Source of the DNA: Eledone cirrhosa
Lineage: Eukaryota
Length of the DNA stretch: 64,000 nucleotides
NCBI GenBank assembly: GCA_964016885.1
Contig: OZ024751.1
Coordinates: forward strand, 45,198,001-45,262,000
Direction: 5' to 3'
The notes beneath the pieces are model-generated. The model worked only from the letters and a program-made list of their open reading frames with translations. It did not search any database and was not told where the DNA came from. How positions within the stretch are numbered: the first letter of the stretch is position 1; the number at the start of each line of letters is the position of its first letter. Positions 26,120 through 39,370 of the stretch are shown in pieces. The position numbers and the translations under genes are program-made.

Positions 26120-26274
26120 AAATGACCATAATAATAGTTGATTACTACAAATAATAGTTAGGAAAATCAGGTAAACTACCCCTAGGGACAGAAAACGTGA
26201 GATGTGGGGTTTGATTCCTTACAGGTGCCTCTGTCCACTTTTACCCAATTTTCTCAACTATTATTATGGTCATT
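26120..26274. repeat. Short element with inverted termini
   Basis: aaatgaccataataatagttga ... tcaactattattatggtcattt, 22-bp perfect inverted ends. Confidence 0.7.
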
Positions 26275-26650
26275 TATTTTGGGACACCACATTTCATGCT
26301 TATTTTCTTCATTACAAAACTGATGAGTAGTTATCTTAGAATCTTAGAATATAGCAGAACAATTTTTCTTTTTAAAACAAACCTTTAAATGGTTCTATCT
26401 TCTGTGATAACCACTGTGGTCACCTAAGAAGTTCCTAGTACCATTTCTGATGCCTTATCAATGATTCCAATCTTTTACTTCTGTAGAAAAACTGCAACCA
26501 TCATTCCTTTAATCTTGCTTGGTTTGTGATGCATCTGAAGTTACTGAAACAAGACAACTCAATCTGTAAATCTTGCTACAGCACACCTGGTTTTCTTTTT
26601 AAGATTTTCTAAATAAATAAATCCCTCCCTACACGTATTATTGAAGTTAA

Positions 26651-26844
26651 CCCTTCTGATATCAAGGTGTCCAAAACCAGCTCTGGTTCTATGAAACAAA
26701 CCACCCATTTTAAAGAGTTCTTGTTTAAATTATAATCGTCCAACATAATTCTATATATAAACCAGTTTTTTTTTTGTAAATGCTATCTTAATAAATTTTA
26801 GTAAATCTTCCTGTGTATTTCATCAGAAACATGCTAATGAAAGG
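26651..26844. mobile_element. Second TTAA-flanked MITE family
   Basis: TTAA|cccttctgat ... taatgaaaggg|TTAA; related degenerate copies near 21660, 23200-23470, 26980-27195 and 51225-51530. Confidence 0.55.
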
Positions 26845-29274
26845 GTTAACTAGTTAATGATTTGCTATCTAGTATAATTAATGCTTACTATGCAAATATA
26901 TTTGGTCATGTTAATATTTATTTTCAGTTCTGAACAAAAAAAGTTTAATCTGTAAAAACTGATATTTTTTTTTTCTTTCTTATAACACTTTCATTACCAT
27001 ATTTCTAATGAAAGACACTGCCTGTGATTTTTAGATAATTAAGAAATTTGAGTGATTTATTAATATCCCTATCTCATCATTGAGCTGGTGTTTGGAACAT
27101 AACTTAAAGATTCGTACATAAAATTATTATAAAAGGTTATTTTTAGATAAATATAAGCAATTAAAAACAAACAGGATTTGGTGCCAAAAGGGTTAATTTA
27201 ATGGTTTATAGTTTTGTTTTTTATTAAGATACTACAAAATTACACTTTGGAATTTTCTTCATAAAATTTCCTCAGGGATATTGTCATTATATCTGCATTG
27301 AATTTTTGACAATGAAGCAAGTAATTCCAAAGTGACTCTCTACAATGAAAAACTAAAAAAATTTGATAGAGCTGTTTTTTTTTCTTAGCTAGGGCTTTTT
27401 ATTTATTTTTATTTTTCCTTTTTCTTCAAATTATACATTCAAATTAAAGGCATGTTCACTTTATATTTCATATTTTCTAGTTTGCAAAAACATAGTGTCA
27501 ACTTAAATTACTATTTAAAAGGATTGAAAAATAGTAGATTTAAAAGTATAAAGATTTTTTACCATTTCTAAGAATTCATTTTTTTTTTTTCTTTTTTCAC
27601 TCCCCATAAATAACAATTTCATGTTTACATTATGTATGATTCTTAAAAGGATATGGTTCTCTTATTGCTGGTTCTTACTTTAAATTTCTGAATATCTCTA
27701 TACCATTTCATTTATTTATTATTATCATTAGGTGGATTGGCTGTATTGGTAGAGTATCAGACATGCTTTACAGCATAGGGTTATGGCCCTTTACGTTCTG
27801 AGTTCAAATCCTGCCGAGGTTAGCTTTGGCTTTCATCCTTACGGGGTCGATAAAATAAAGCACCAGTAATGCACTGGGGTAATTGCTGGCCTTGAGCCAA
27901 AAGTAGAAACAATTATTATTTAATGTTAGACTTGTTTATAGCAAAGTAGCATCTTTGTAACTATTTTTTTCCTCTATCAGACATGAAAAATCTTGACATG
28001 ATTGAAACTTTATAGATTTTGTTTATTATATTTCTGGACATTGGCCCTACCCTTCATGAATCCTCACAGTCACCTCTCATTGCCTTCCCTACTTAAATTT
28101 CATTGGTTTCCAGATCTCATTAAACCTGCAAACTAATATGTAAATAGCATTAGTTTGAAACTGTTTAATTAAAAAAAAAAAAAAAAAAAATTTTTTTTAA
28201 AGACACTGTCTGCTTAATTCTCTCCTCTTCCTCTTCTTCCACTGTATCTCCATCTCAACCAAGTGAAGTTGTAGTGACTTCAAATTCTCATATATATATA
28301 TAAATATATATACACACACCTCTTTTCTCCCCTCCCATTCTTTGATTGGATACGGGAGGGAAAATCTTGGAATTTTTCTCTACATAGAGGTGACAACCAT
28401 AAATGATATATTCAAAAATATTATCTTTATCTATGGTGGATTTCACAAAACTTTCCTGAAATCCCAGAATTTTATTTTTTAACCCTTTTAAAGCTCTGAA
28501 TAATTGATCATGAGGTACCTGACAAAAAGTGTGAAATACCTGTGGTTAAAAAAGGGTCTTTTTAAAAAATTTTTTTGTAATATGATGCTATTTCTGAAGC
28601 TAAATGTACAATTATTTTTTTTTTATTTATTTATTTTTTTTTTTTTTGTTACATGCATCTCTGTTGAAATATTTTTTGATTATGACAATGCTATTGTTCG
28701 AAATGACTAGTTTAATAGGAAACCTGGGGTTTTCTCTCTACAAGACGTCGGTGCCTACTTAAACAGATTTTATGGTACTAAAACACCAAACATGATGCAT
28801 GAATCTTAGAACATAGACTATGAAGTTTGTTTTCTTTTTCTTTTTTTTTTTTCATTTAAACTCTACATTTTTTTTCTCTCTCTTTCAGTCTTTATACTTT
28901 CTCTTCTCATAGTTTTAAAATTGTGATTGTGAAAGCAGATAATTATCTTCATCTTCATGATCAACTGAATTTTTCATAATAAAAAGAACTAAAAAGTAAA
29001 GATTTCTGTTGTTTTCTCTTTCATTTGTTTCAATCATTGAACTGTAACTATGCTGGGACACAATGGGAGATAAGATAGACCCTCCTTTATGTTTATATTT
29101 TGGGCAATAGTACATATTGGGAGAATTTTCTAAATATACCTAGAAATATATTTTGAGAGAACCGTAATAGGTGAGAGCAGAAAAAATGAATATTCTATAA
29201 CACTAAATACACTAAATAACAAACACTTGGCAGGGAGGACCTGTCATACATTAACCCTTAGGAGATGACAGTAA

Positions 29275-29792
29275 TGTGCTGTGGTGTGGTGACTAGAATA
29301 GTGTGGTGACTGTGGTTTAGCGTGGAGTAGTGTAGTGTATTGGCTGTGTAGAGTGGAATGGTGTGTAGTGGGGTGTAGTGGTGGTGGCCATGTTGTGTAG
29401 TGGGGTGTGGTGTGGAATGGTGTAGTGTGATGTAGTGTAGTGTGCTGTGTAGTGGCCGTGTTGTGTAGAGTGGAATGGTGTGGTGTGGTGGCCGTATTGT
29501 GTAGTGTGATGTAGTAGAGTGGAATGGTGTAGTGTAGAGTGGTGTGGTGGCCGTGTTGTGTAGTGTAGTGGGGTGTAGAGTGGTGTGGTGGCCGTGTTGT
29601 GTTGAGTGGAATGGTGTAGTGTAGTGTGGTGGCTGGGGTGTAGTGTGGTGGCTGTGGGGTGTAGAGTGGAATGGTGTAGTGTAGAGTGGTGGCTGTGTTG
29701 TGTAGTGTGATGTGGTGGCTGTGCTGTGTAGAGTGGTGTTGTGTAGTGGGGTGTAGGGTGGCCGTGTTGTGTAGTGTGGTGGCTGTGTGTGT
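29275..29792. repeat. GT-rich low-complexity repeat (GTGTA/GTGTG pentamer-based)
   Basis: Recurrent gtgtagt, gtggtggccgtgttgtgtag and gagtggaatggtgtag modules. Confidence 0.85.
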
Positions 29793-30767
29793 ATTGATGT
29801 TAAATAGCAACAACAATAAATATAACAGCTGTTTTAGCATTAGCAGAAAGTACAACAGCAACAATAACAACAATAGTAAACTGATTAATATTAACAATAA
29901 TAAACTGAATAATATTAAGAACAATAAACTGGACAACAACAATGAACTGAATGACAACAACAACAACTGTTGCCAATATACTTAATCATAACAATACTAA
30001 TTATCTCGATTGAAAAGATAGCAGCCATTCCCCACCCACAATGAGGACAAATGCACACCTAAGACTGACCTCTAGCATCAGATGTAACTTTAAAGTGAAA
30101 CTAGTCAAACTAGCTTTAGTTGACCACATACATTGTGTATATATATATATATGTGTGTGTGTGTATGTATGTTTATATATACATATGTATATAAATATAC
30201 ATATATAGCAGGGAAAGTGGACATTAAAACGATGATGATGATATGCATGCATGCATATATATATATTCAAGTAAGAATATATATATATATGCATGCATGC
30301 ATATATATATATTCAAGTAAGAATATATATATATATGCATGCATGCATATATATATATATTCAAGTAAGAATATTTTCGAAACAGCGAGTGGGTTTGAAA
30401 TTATTGTACGTCAATACTCATCTTTTTCCATTTCTCCGAGGGTTCTTAACCCCACTATCAGGCTAAATAATTTCTTTAATTTATTTAGTCAAAATACGGC
30501 GATATATATATGTATGTATAACTGACACCACTAAGTCATAAAAAACTGACATAAGAAAGACAAGAATGACAACAGAAGTCAATGTTGTGAGTGGATGGCA
30601 TGTCTGACAATTATGTGGGGGTGCGGTGTAGTGTGTGAGTTGGGGTATGGTGTGGTGGGTGTATGAGTGTAGCATGTTGTGGTGTGGTGTGTGTGTCTAG
30701 GCTCGGACTGATTTAAATAGCTTGACTTCAGGTATATAGACTGTATATATGCATACTCATGAATTAA

Positions 30768-30964
30768 TCCTTTTGCATTTAATCCGGCCAGAATTCTCTC
30801 ACCTCTTTCTGTTCAAACCAGTTTAACTGGCCACTCATATTGATGTTAAGGTATTGTTCTCAAAATAAATAATATCAAAATCTCATAGATTCGATATTAT
30901 GTGAGATAAAACCTTTACCATGAAAATACAATAATATATGTAGAGTAATGTAAATGCTAAAGGG
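30768..30964. mobile_element. TTAA-family MITE
   Basis: TTAA|tccttttgcattta ... taaatgctaaaggg|TTAA. Confidence 0.75.
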
Positions 30965-31889
30965 TTAAGACATAGACCTGTTTGTTGTGGTTGGAATGTT
31001 CACTCGGCAGTGACAATGTAGCATTTTGGGCAAGTGTCTTCTACTATAGCCTAGTGACATTTAGTAGACAGTATCTGTGCAGAAGCCCATCATATATATG
31101 TGTGTGTGTGTGTTAGACACCTCTGTCCATATTTTTCCATCTCCAGAGGTACTTTACCTGGTTTACTCAACTATTATTCGCATAAAGACAAACTACACTC
31201 TCATGGCGTTCTCTGAAAATGTTCCCCTCCCCAAGAAATTTGGATCAACTCAACTTATAGGAGTTCTCTCCCTTGCTTACATCACAGGATTTGAACACAC
31301 TTAAAGGGTGTATGGGCTTGAAATTATGAGAATAGTCTCAGTTTCCTTTCACCATATTTAGAATATGGATCCTTACTTGTATGTATGTATGTAAGTGTGT
31401 GTGTTTGTTTGTATGTCTGTACATGTGTGTGTATATGTGCATGTGTGTTTCTGCATATGTCTGCAGTGTCAACACTAGCACAGTTTGATGTTTGTCTATG
31501 TCCTACATAAACACTACATCTCACAGCTCAGTCGTTTGAAAGTAACTTACATAAAAATAAGTGTTGAGGTGAGGAAGGACATCCAGTTATAGAATACTGC
31601 CTGAAAAAAATGTCTTGACCAATCCAAATCAGCATTGGAAAAGATTTCAGCATTGAAAAATGATGATGATGATGATATATCAGGAATATTATATAGTTGT
31701 TCTCCCCTCTCTCTCCTATTCTTCACATATTAGTGGTTGCTCTAAGGAAGGGTATCCAACCATAAAACACTATTGTCTAGATATACATCATTTTATCACA
31801 CTGCTCTACAGTTGCTATGGTAACTGTGCAATAGCCATTTCTATGAAACACATTGAAGCATGAAAAAACAAAAGTCTTATTATTAAAAG

Positions 31890-32112
31890 GTGATGGTGGT
31901 GTTGGTGTTGATGGTGACGGTGGTGATGGTGACGGTGGTGATGGAGTAATGGTGATGATGGAGTGATGGTGATGTTGGCAGTGATGTTGGTGCTGGTGAT
32001 AATGATGGTGATGGGGTGATAGTGATAATGATGGTGATAATAATGACGGTGGTGGTGATTATGATGATGGCGATAATGATGGTAGTGGTACTGCTGGTGG
32101 TGGTGGTGGTGT
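31890..32112. repeat. (GAT/GGT)n trinucleotide low-complexity tract
   Basis: Directly visible. Confidence 0.85.
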
Positions 32113-32397
32113 TTATGATCTTGTCAACTTTAGATCATTTTCAAAAATAGTTCACCTCTTCTGTATTTATAAATAAATTTATTAATTTAAACAGACCTGC
32201 CCCCACCCACCCTTAAATACTTTCTGAAATATAAAAAAAAAATGTTTTCCAAAGAAACTGATTTAAATAAACAGATTCTATATTATCATCATCATCTTCG
32301 TTTAACGTCCATCTTCCACGCTATTATATATATAGAATCAGTTATTAACTCCATATGGTATATAAATCATATAAAATTCTATATATTATATCATATT

Positions 32398-32436
<39 letters not shown>

Positions 32437-32839
32437 AAGTTAAAATCTGTTCAAAGCAGTCAGGCTCATGTTTATCTCTGATTTCATTTTTCATCAGCGT
32501 TAAGCAACTGAGAATATGAATATAACAGTTTCTCCTGGACAGGAGTCCAGTCCATCACAGCGGTAACTCCCAGCAAACTGCTGGTAGTTTAACAGTTCCC
32601 CATAGACAGGATGCTAGTCTATCACAGGATTAATCCCCAGCTACTGCTGGTAGTACAAACATAAGTGGCTGTTTTCCTGGCAGCAGCTCTGAGGATATCA
32701 CAAAGTTGAGTGTCCTGATGGTAATTTGGGGGATGGTAAATGACTCCATGTAGCAGTGTTGACATGGTCATACATATATCGCAGAAAAAAACTTCCTGCT
32801 GTGATTGGTTCAAATCAACACAAGGAATTGCCAACAACT

Positions 32840-33260
32840 GACTTGGTAAACACCCACAAAATTATTAACCATCTTGCCAACAACAACCCTGAGTACCTTT
32901 TTGATTTCCATGTGTCTAACACACGTGGACATGCCCACAAAGTCAGAAAACAGCACAGTTCCCATGACTTTCGGCAACATTTTTTCACGCTCAGAGTTGC
33001 TGAAGCATGGAACAAACTACCTGCATCGGTTGTTAGCTGTCGGGACACTGCATCCTTTAAGGCCTCCATGCTTCCCGAGATCTGCCAACACTACACCTAA
33101 TGTGCCCCCTCCATACACATACACACATGTATACCATGACTCATACACTATTCACTTCCCTGACATTTGTGTATTATTCTATGTACTATACATATACCTT
33201 TGACGAGTTGTAGTGCACCTGAGCACTTTACACAATAATTTCATTATTATTATTATTATT
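32840..33260 (+). mobile_element. CR1-like LINE 3' fragment with (ATT)n tail
   Basis: NTRGHAHKVRKQHSSHDFRQHFFTLRVAEAWNKLPASVV matches the TRGH...FFxxRV...WNxLP C-terminus of CR1/L2 ORF2; ends ttc(att)n. Confidence 0.8.
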
Positions 33261-33906
33261 ACAGCAGCTCCCCTGGACAGGATGCTAGTCCATCACAGAT
33301 GATGATGGGGGGGGGGGGGAGAAGATGGTGATGATGGTGAGAGTGGTGAGGGGGAGAAGATGATGATGATGGTGGTGGTATTGGTGATGGTGGTGGCAGT
33401 AGTGTGGTGATAATGATGATGGTAGCAGTAATGGTGGTGGTGGTAGTGTAATGATGATCAAGATGATGGTGGTGGTGGTGGAGGCAGTGGTGATGATGAT
33501 GATGATCAATACAAATAATGGGAGAAATAAAATTAAAAAAAAACACTTTTTCGTAAATATGAAATAGAACTTTAATTAGATTTCATTTCTGACACTGTTT
33601 TACATTGAACAGTAATTAATTATGTCAAATATAGAAATGAATTAGAAGGGAAAAAAATTAAACTCTTCTATTAAAGAGGAGAAAAAATAAAAATAATATG
33701 GAATGATGATATGTGATGTGAATGAGACAAATACTTTATTAATGTTATAATACTTGATTGATCAATGGATCTCCGTCAGATACGACGATGAGTACTCCAG
33801 TTTTTCAGTCAACAGAACAGCCTGCTTGGGGAAATAATGTGTATTTGGCTGGGCATTTTACAGACAAGTCTACCCTTAATGTAATTCTCAGGGAGAACTA
33901 CATTAA

Positions 33907-34087
33907 TCCTTTAGCATTTAAACCGGCCATATCTGGCTAGAATTCTTTCACCTCTTTCTGTTTGAACTGGCCACTTATGTTCTCAAAATAAATAATATCA
34001 AATTCTCATAGATTTGATATTATGTGAGGTAAAGCCTTTACCGTGAAACTACAATAGTAAATATAGAGTAATGTAAATGCTAAAGGA
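33907..34087. mobile_element. TTAA-family MITE
   Basis: TTAA|tcctttagcattta ... taaatgctaaagga|TTAA. Confidence 0.75.
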
Positions 34088-35089
34088 TTAAGGATACATG
34101 TGTTGATGGAATGCTCAGCCACTTGCATGTTAATTTTATGAGCAGGCTAGGCACTTCATAGACATGTGTACTATTAATCTAATTCTATCAGGAAGTCACT
34201 CCATGTAGTGCCACTACTGCTCCAAATTGAGAGATCACAGCTCAGATACTACGGGCATGTGGTTAGAATGTCTCAGGAAAGAATTGCTGGACAGATTTTA
34301 TGGGCAGAACCAACTGACAGGGGACCCAGGGGTAGACCCTGAGCAAGATGGTTGGATAACATTCATGGGCATACATAAATATATATATACACACACACAC
34401 ACACACATATATTATATATATATATATAAGAGAATAGGGAATAACCAGGATTTAAATTATATATATTCTAATAGTTTATTATGTAATATTATGTCATAAT
34501 GGTGTATTATAATAGTTAGTGTAGATAATTTAATTGCAAACTGAAAAACGTTGATTAGTTTAGTGTTGTCACAAAGACATGTTGGACTTATGTACTTGAA
34601 GTTAGAGAAGGAAGAAAAAGAAATGCCATCATTGTAGCAATAACAAGTATTAGTACATAACATGTTAGAATCGTTAACTTAATGAAGCAGATATCTGCTC
34701 ACATTTCTCAAACAACACATCCTTTCAAGCAATACACAACCTAACCATTGTAAGTGATTATACCATTATTCCTCATCTTCTGCTTCTTTTACTCTTCCTC
34801 CTTCTATGTCTCCCCCTTCTTCTACGTCTCCTCCCTCCTCCTCTAAAGCCATACCAATGGGTTAATGTTCATGACTGAATCGTAAAATCTAATTTATAAT
34901 TTATACATTCTTTTATTCTTTTACTGGGGTCAGTCATCAGACAACGGCCATGCTGGAGCACCACCTTGAAGACATTTAGATGATTATACCAACTCTAGTA
35001 CTTGTTTTTTTTTTTTCAAGTCTGGTACTTTTTTATATTGATCTCTTTTCATTGAACTGCTCTCTCTCTCTTATATATATATATATATA

Positions 35090-35432
35090 ATCATCATCAT
35101 CATCATTTCATTTTACGTCCGCTTTTCCCTGCTTGCAAGGGTGGGACGGGAACTGATTTTTGGCTTGATTTCTACAGCTGGATGCCCTTCCTAACACCAA
35201 CCTCATTTACAGTGAGTGCCGGGTGCTTTTTTGCCGTGGCGCCTACACGTCCACTTTGCAGTGGAATGATAGGGAACCCAGTCCCTATCATCTCATTTCT
35301 ACAGCTGAGTAAACTGGAGCAATGTGAAATAAAGTGTCTTGCTCAAGGAAACAACACATCACCCGGTCTGAGAATTGAACTCACAACCTTTCGATTGCAA
35401 GGCCAATGCTCTAACCACTAAGCCATGTGCCT

Positions 35433-35434
<2 letters not shown>
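35090..35434 (-). mobile_element. tRNA-headed SINE with RTE-type tail
   Basis: Near-identical reverse complement of 3669-4021. Confidence 0.8.
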
Positions 35435-35477
<43 letters not shown>

Positions 35478-35975
35478 TATATAAATATCATCATTATCAT
35501 GCTGTTGATTATATATATATATATATATACATACATATAAGAGACAAAGCTTGTCGAATAGAACGGATATACCAGGAACTATGAAAAGTGATTCCATTTT
35601 TTGGTATCTTTTTTTTTTGTTGTTCTTGTGTCCCCACCCACCACCACCACCTCATACACCCACACCACCACCACCACTATCATCATAGCTGTTCATTACA
35701 AGTAGCCATTAATTAGCGAATGTTTTCACTTTTGTTCATCGCAATTAACTTGGAATAATATATTAGTTAATTGAGAAAGCGTTGTGTCAGCTAATTAGTG
35801 AAGGTGCTAAGCATGTATTTATTTATTTATTTCTACCTTTCCCTCAACAGAAGAGTTACCTGGTCTTTAGAACCACTTCAATGTTACAGTTATTGTTAGT
35901 CACCTATCTTCTTGGAATGGTGGATATAGTCTATATTATAATAACAGTGTTGTCCGTCTGTCACACTTACTTTAT

Positions 35976-36295
35976 ATAGAGAGGGGCAGCGCCAAGTGAG
36001 AGGTATCCATATAGGTAGAGAGAGGGGGAGTGCCAAGCGAGAGGTATCCATATAGGTAGAGAGAGGGGCAGCGCCAAGCGAGAGGTATCCATATAGATAG
36101 AGAGAGGGGCAGCGCCAAGCGAGAGGTATCCATATAGGTAGAGAGAGAGGGAGTGCCAAACGAGAGGTATCCATATAGGTAGAGAGAGAGGGAGTGCCAA
36201 ACGAGAGGTATCCAAATAGATAGAGAGAGGGGGGAGTGCCAAACGAGAGGTATCCATATAGGTAGAGAGAGGGGGAGTGCCAAACGAGAGGTATC

Positions 36296-36362
<67 letters not shown>
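35976..36362. repeat. 38-41-bp minisatellite (about 8 copies) followed by (GA)n
   Basis: Unit agagaggggcagcgccaagcgagaggtatccatataggt; the block 35950-36077 is duplicated at 36710-36837. Confidence 0.92.
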
Positions 36363-36365
<3 letters not shown>

Positions 36366-37468
36366 TGTTTTCGAGGTGACAGAATGAGGTAGAGAGAAAG
36401 TTATGATGTTGCCCTCATCTATATAGAGAGAGGAAGAGCTTCAAGCGAAAGAGATGTGTGACAGAAAGGAGAAAAAGATGTCACCCTCCTCTAGTAATAT
36501 TAATAACAACAATAATAATGGTTTCAGATTTACGCACATGCCAACAATTTTGGGGGGATGGGGAAAGTAATTAAGTCAACCCCAGTGCATTGCTGGTACT
36601 TTATTTTATCAACCATGTAAGGGTGAAAGGCAAAGCTAACCTCGGCGGGATTTGAACTCAACGTAAAAAGCAATAATAATAATTTAATTATGATGATGAT
36701 ATATAATTTTTGTCCGTCTGTCACACTTACTTTATATAGAGAGGGGCAGCGCCAAGTGAGAGGTATCCATATAGGTAGAGAGAGGGGGAGTGCCAAGCGA
36801 GAGGTATCCATATAGGTAGAGAGAGGGGCAGCGCCAACAATTTTGGGAGAAGGGAAAGTCGATTAAATCGACCCGTGCATTACTGGTACTTTATTCTATC
36901 TACCCCTAGACAATTTGTCATACCCTTAATATAATTGAAGGGTCCTTTCAATCCTTTGTTTGGCATGGTTTCTACAGCTGGGTGTACAAGGTGTATTCTA
37001 TTGTGTCCAGACCAACCCTAGACAAGTTGTGATGCCCCTGACATTAACTGAAGAGTCTTTTTCACCCTTTATTTGACACAGAAAATAGAATAAGATAAAA
37101 GTAAGAGGTTGTGTTTATTTTAGCCGAAAGCAGAGATTGTAATTTAAGATGCTCAAAAGACTGATCTTCACCTCTCTCTCATCAGTTAATCCCCTAAAAC
37201 AATGAATTCTAGAAAATAATCATGTTTACTAATCCCAACAGATCCCCTTATTTTCTAGAATAACAACAACAACAACAAAGATCATTAATAATGTTATTAA
37301 CAACTGATTCCATTTTGCACTTTTACAGGTCTTGTGTGTGTGTGTATGAGAAAGAGAGAATGTGTGTGAGTGAGTGTGAGAGAGTGATTGTCAATGAGAG
37401 AGTGTGTGTGTGTGTTTTTGACTGCTAATAATGAGATAAAATTAATTTACACACACATGCCCAACAGG

Positions 37469-37511
<43 letters not shown>

Positions 37512-37782
37512 TAAACATACAAACACAACACTAATTATACACACACATACAAAGGTACACCATTTAAGATTGAGAAACCCAACACTTTGTAATGTTTTAA
37601 ATAGCTTACAGAGATTAAACTGGCCATTCTTCTGGATAACCAGTTCTATGACAGATAATAAATTGGTGACTGAAATTTCAAATTTAAAAATAAAATTTTA
37701 AAATCTTTATCACCATATAAATATGTTTGCATGTGTGTGTATTTTTAGGTTTACAAATCTCTAAATATTTCTATCTACATAT

Positions 37783-37963
37783 ATAAGGGTCGGCTGAAAA
37801 GTTCAAAGAATGACCAAATGAGGTTTATTTTTCAACATAGTCCCTTGATGCAGTTATTAATTAATAAGAATTAATAAGAAGAGTTGAAATTAATGCATGC
37901 AATATTTCAGTTCTAGCATCACTACTTCATAGTCAGCCTATGAAGTTTTCAGCCGAGCCTCAT
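37783..37963. mobile_element. Mariner-like MITE
   Basis: taagggtcggctgaaaagttcaaagaatgac ... gtcagcctatgaagttttcagccgagcctcata. Confidence 0.65.
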
Positions 37964-38608
37964 AAATATGTTTGTGTGTGTGAGTATGGGTTTACAAATA
38001 AGAATAAAGTACTTAATACATGTATTAGAATTTATTAATTTATTGAAAGCTGATCCTTCTCTTCATTACAATTCTCTGAATGTCTTGGTTAAACCTGTTA
38101 ACATCACATTCCTGGAGACACCTTCAGCCTTCTGATACCAACTTGCTCCTGGTTCTATGATACATAGAGTAAACTTCATTTTGGTTTGAATTATTTGGTG
38201 TCACTAAGAATCATGACTTGGTGATGAATGATATTTGAGTCATGTTTGATAGAGTATTTGAGTCAAATACACAGTATTTGAGTCAGATATACAGTATTTG
38301 AGTTATGTTTTATAGAGAGTATCTGAGTCAAATACACAGTGTTTGAGTCATGTTTGACAGTATTTGATTCATGTTTGATTCAGAGTATCTGAGTCACTTA
38401 GAATCATTAAAACAGTTCCAACCATGACCATCCATACATTGACCAGTGTCAACATATGATACTCTACTTTGCTAACCAATGTCAATGTATAATATTTTAT
38501 TGACCCAACATCAATATATATATAGTATATAGACCAGTGTCGATATTTCATCTTGTATTATCCCTTACACTTTATATCCCTAAAAATAATAAATAAAATT
38601 GTTTATCT

Positions 38609-39370
38609 TCATCTATTTCTTCTGTCCTCATTTCTATAACCCCTGTCTCTGTATTTAGAATTGAAATTCTCTCTCCCCCTTTCTCTACTTCTGTAGCTCC
38701 TGTCAGAATTCCCACCTCTGTCCCCTCTATCTCGATAATCTCTGTTATCACCCCTAGAATATTCTCCAAACCTGTTATCTTTGTATTGGAAGTCCCTATT
38801 CTTCTGGTGGTAACTGTCCTTGTAGTCCCATTTCTTATAACCACTGCTACTATCTGAGCTGACAATTATGGGTTTTTTAAAGGGCCGGTCCCTCCCACCA
38901 AATCGTAATTGTCCTGACTCTTTATTGCCTCCAAAGCCCCCTCCAAGTCTACGAGGAACCCAGTTTTTCAAAACTCGTTCCCGTTCAAAGTCAACGAATA
39001 TTTCGGAGCCATCCAACTGAGCTTTATTGGCTTGAATGAAGGCTTTACGTGCAGAATATTCCTCCACATATTCTATAAACCCATAACAGCGTGTGAACCC
39101 TGTAACAATATCACGGACAAGACGAAGCTGTTGAATTTGACCGAATTCACTGAAACATTTTCGGAGGCTGTTTTCATCAGTTTTAGGGTTGAGTCTTGAG
39201 GTAAATATTGTCTTTCCGGGATCACCAGCAACCTGTTTGTTAGGTTTATATTTACAGTTCAGTGCTCGTATTATGCCGTGGTCATGTGCTAACTCATCAG
39301 TTCCATCAATGCTCCCTGCCATTAGGGGGTCATAGACATGAGCAATAGGAGACCAAAGATCCTCAGCCAT
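38609..39370 (-). CDS. SNRNP35: U11/U12 small nuclear ribonucleoprotein 35 kDa protein
   Basis: MAEDLWSPIAHVYDPLMAGSIDGTD...HDHGIIRA; RRM with GDPGKTIFTSRL and VRDIVTGFTRCYGFIEY; WVPRRLGGGFGGNKESGQLRFGGRDRPF; R/D/S-rich tail. An acceptor AG (plus 39379-39380) lies 8 nt before the ATG, implying a separate 5' UTR exon. Confidence 0.96.
   Translation of the reverse strand: MAEDLWSPIAHVYDPLMAGSIDGTDELAHDHGIIRALNCKYKPNKQVAGDPGKTIFTSRLNPKTDENSLRKCFSEFGQIQQLRLVRDIVTGFTRCYGFIEYVEEYSARKAFIQANKAQLDGSEIFVDFERERVLKNWVPRRLGGGFGGNKESGQLRFGGRDRPFKKPIIVSSDSSSGYKKWDYKDSYHQKNRDFQYKDNRFGEYSRGDNRDYRDRGDRGGNSDRSYRSRERGRENFNSKYRDRGYRNEDRRNR

Noticed and set aside
29244-29985. 240-aa His/Thr-rich ORF
   Set aside because: Translation of GT-rich and AAC-rich low-complexity repeats.
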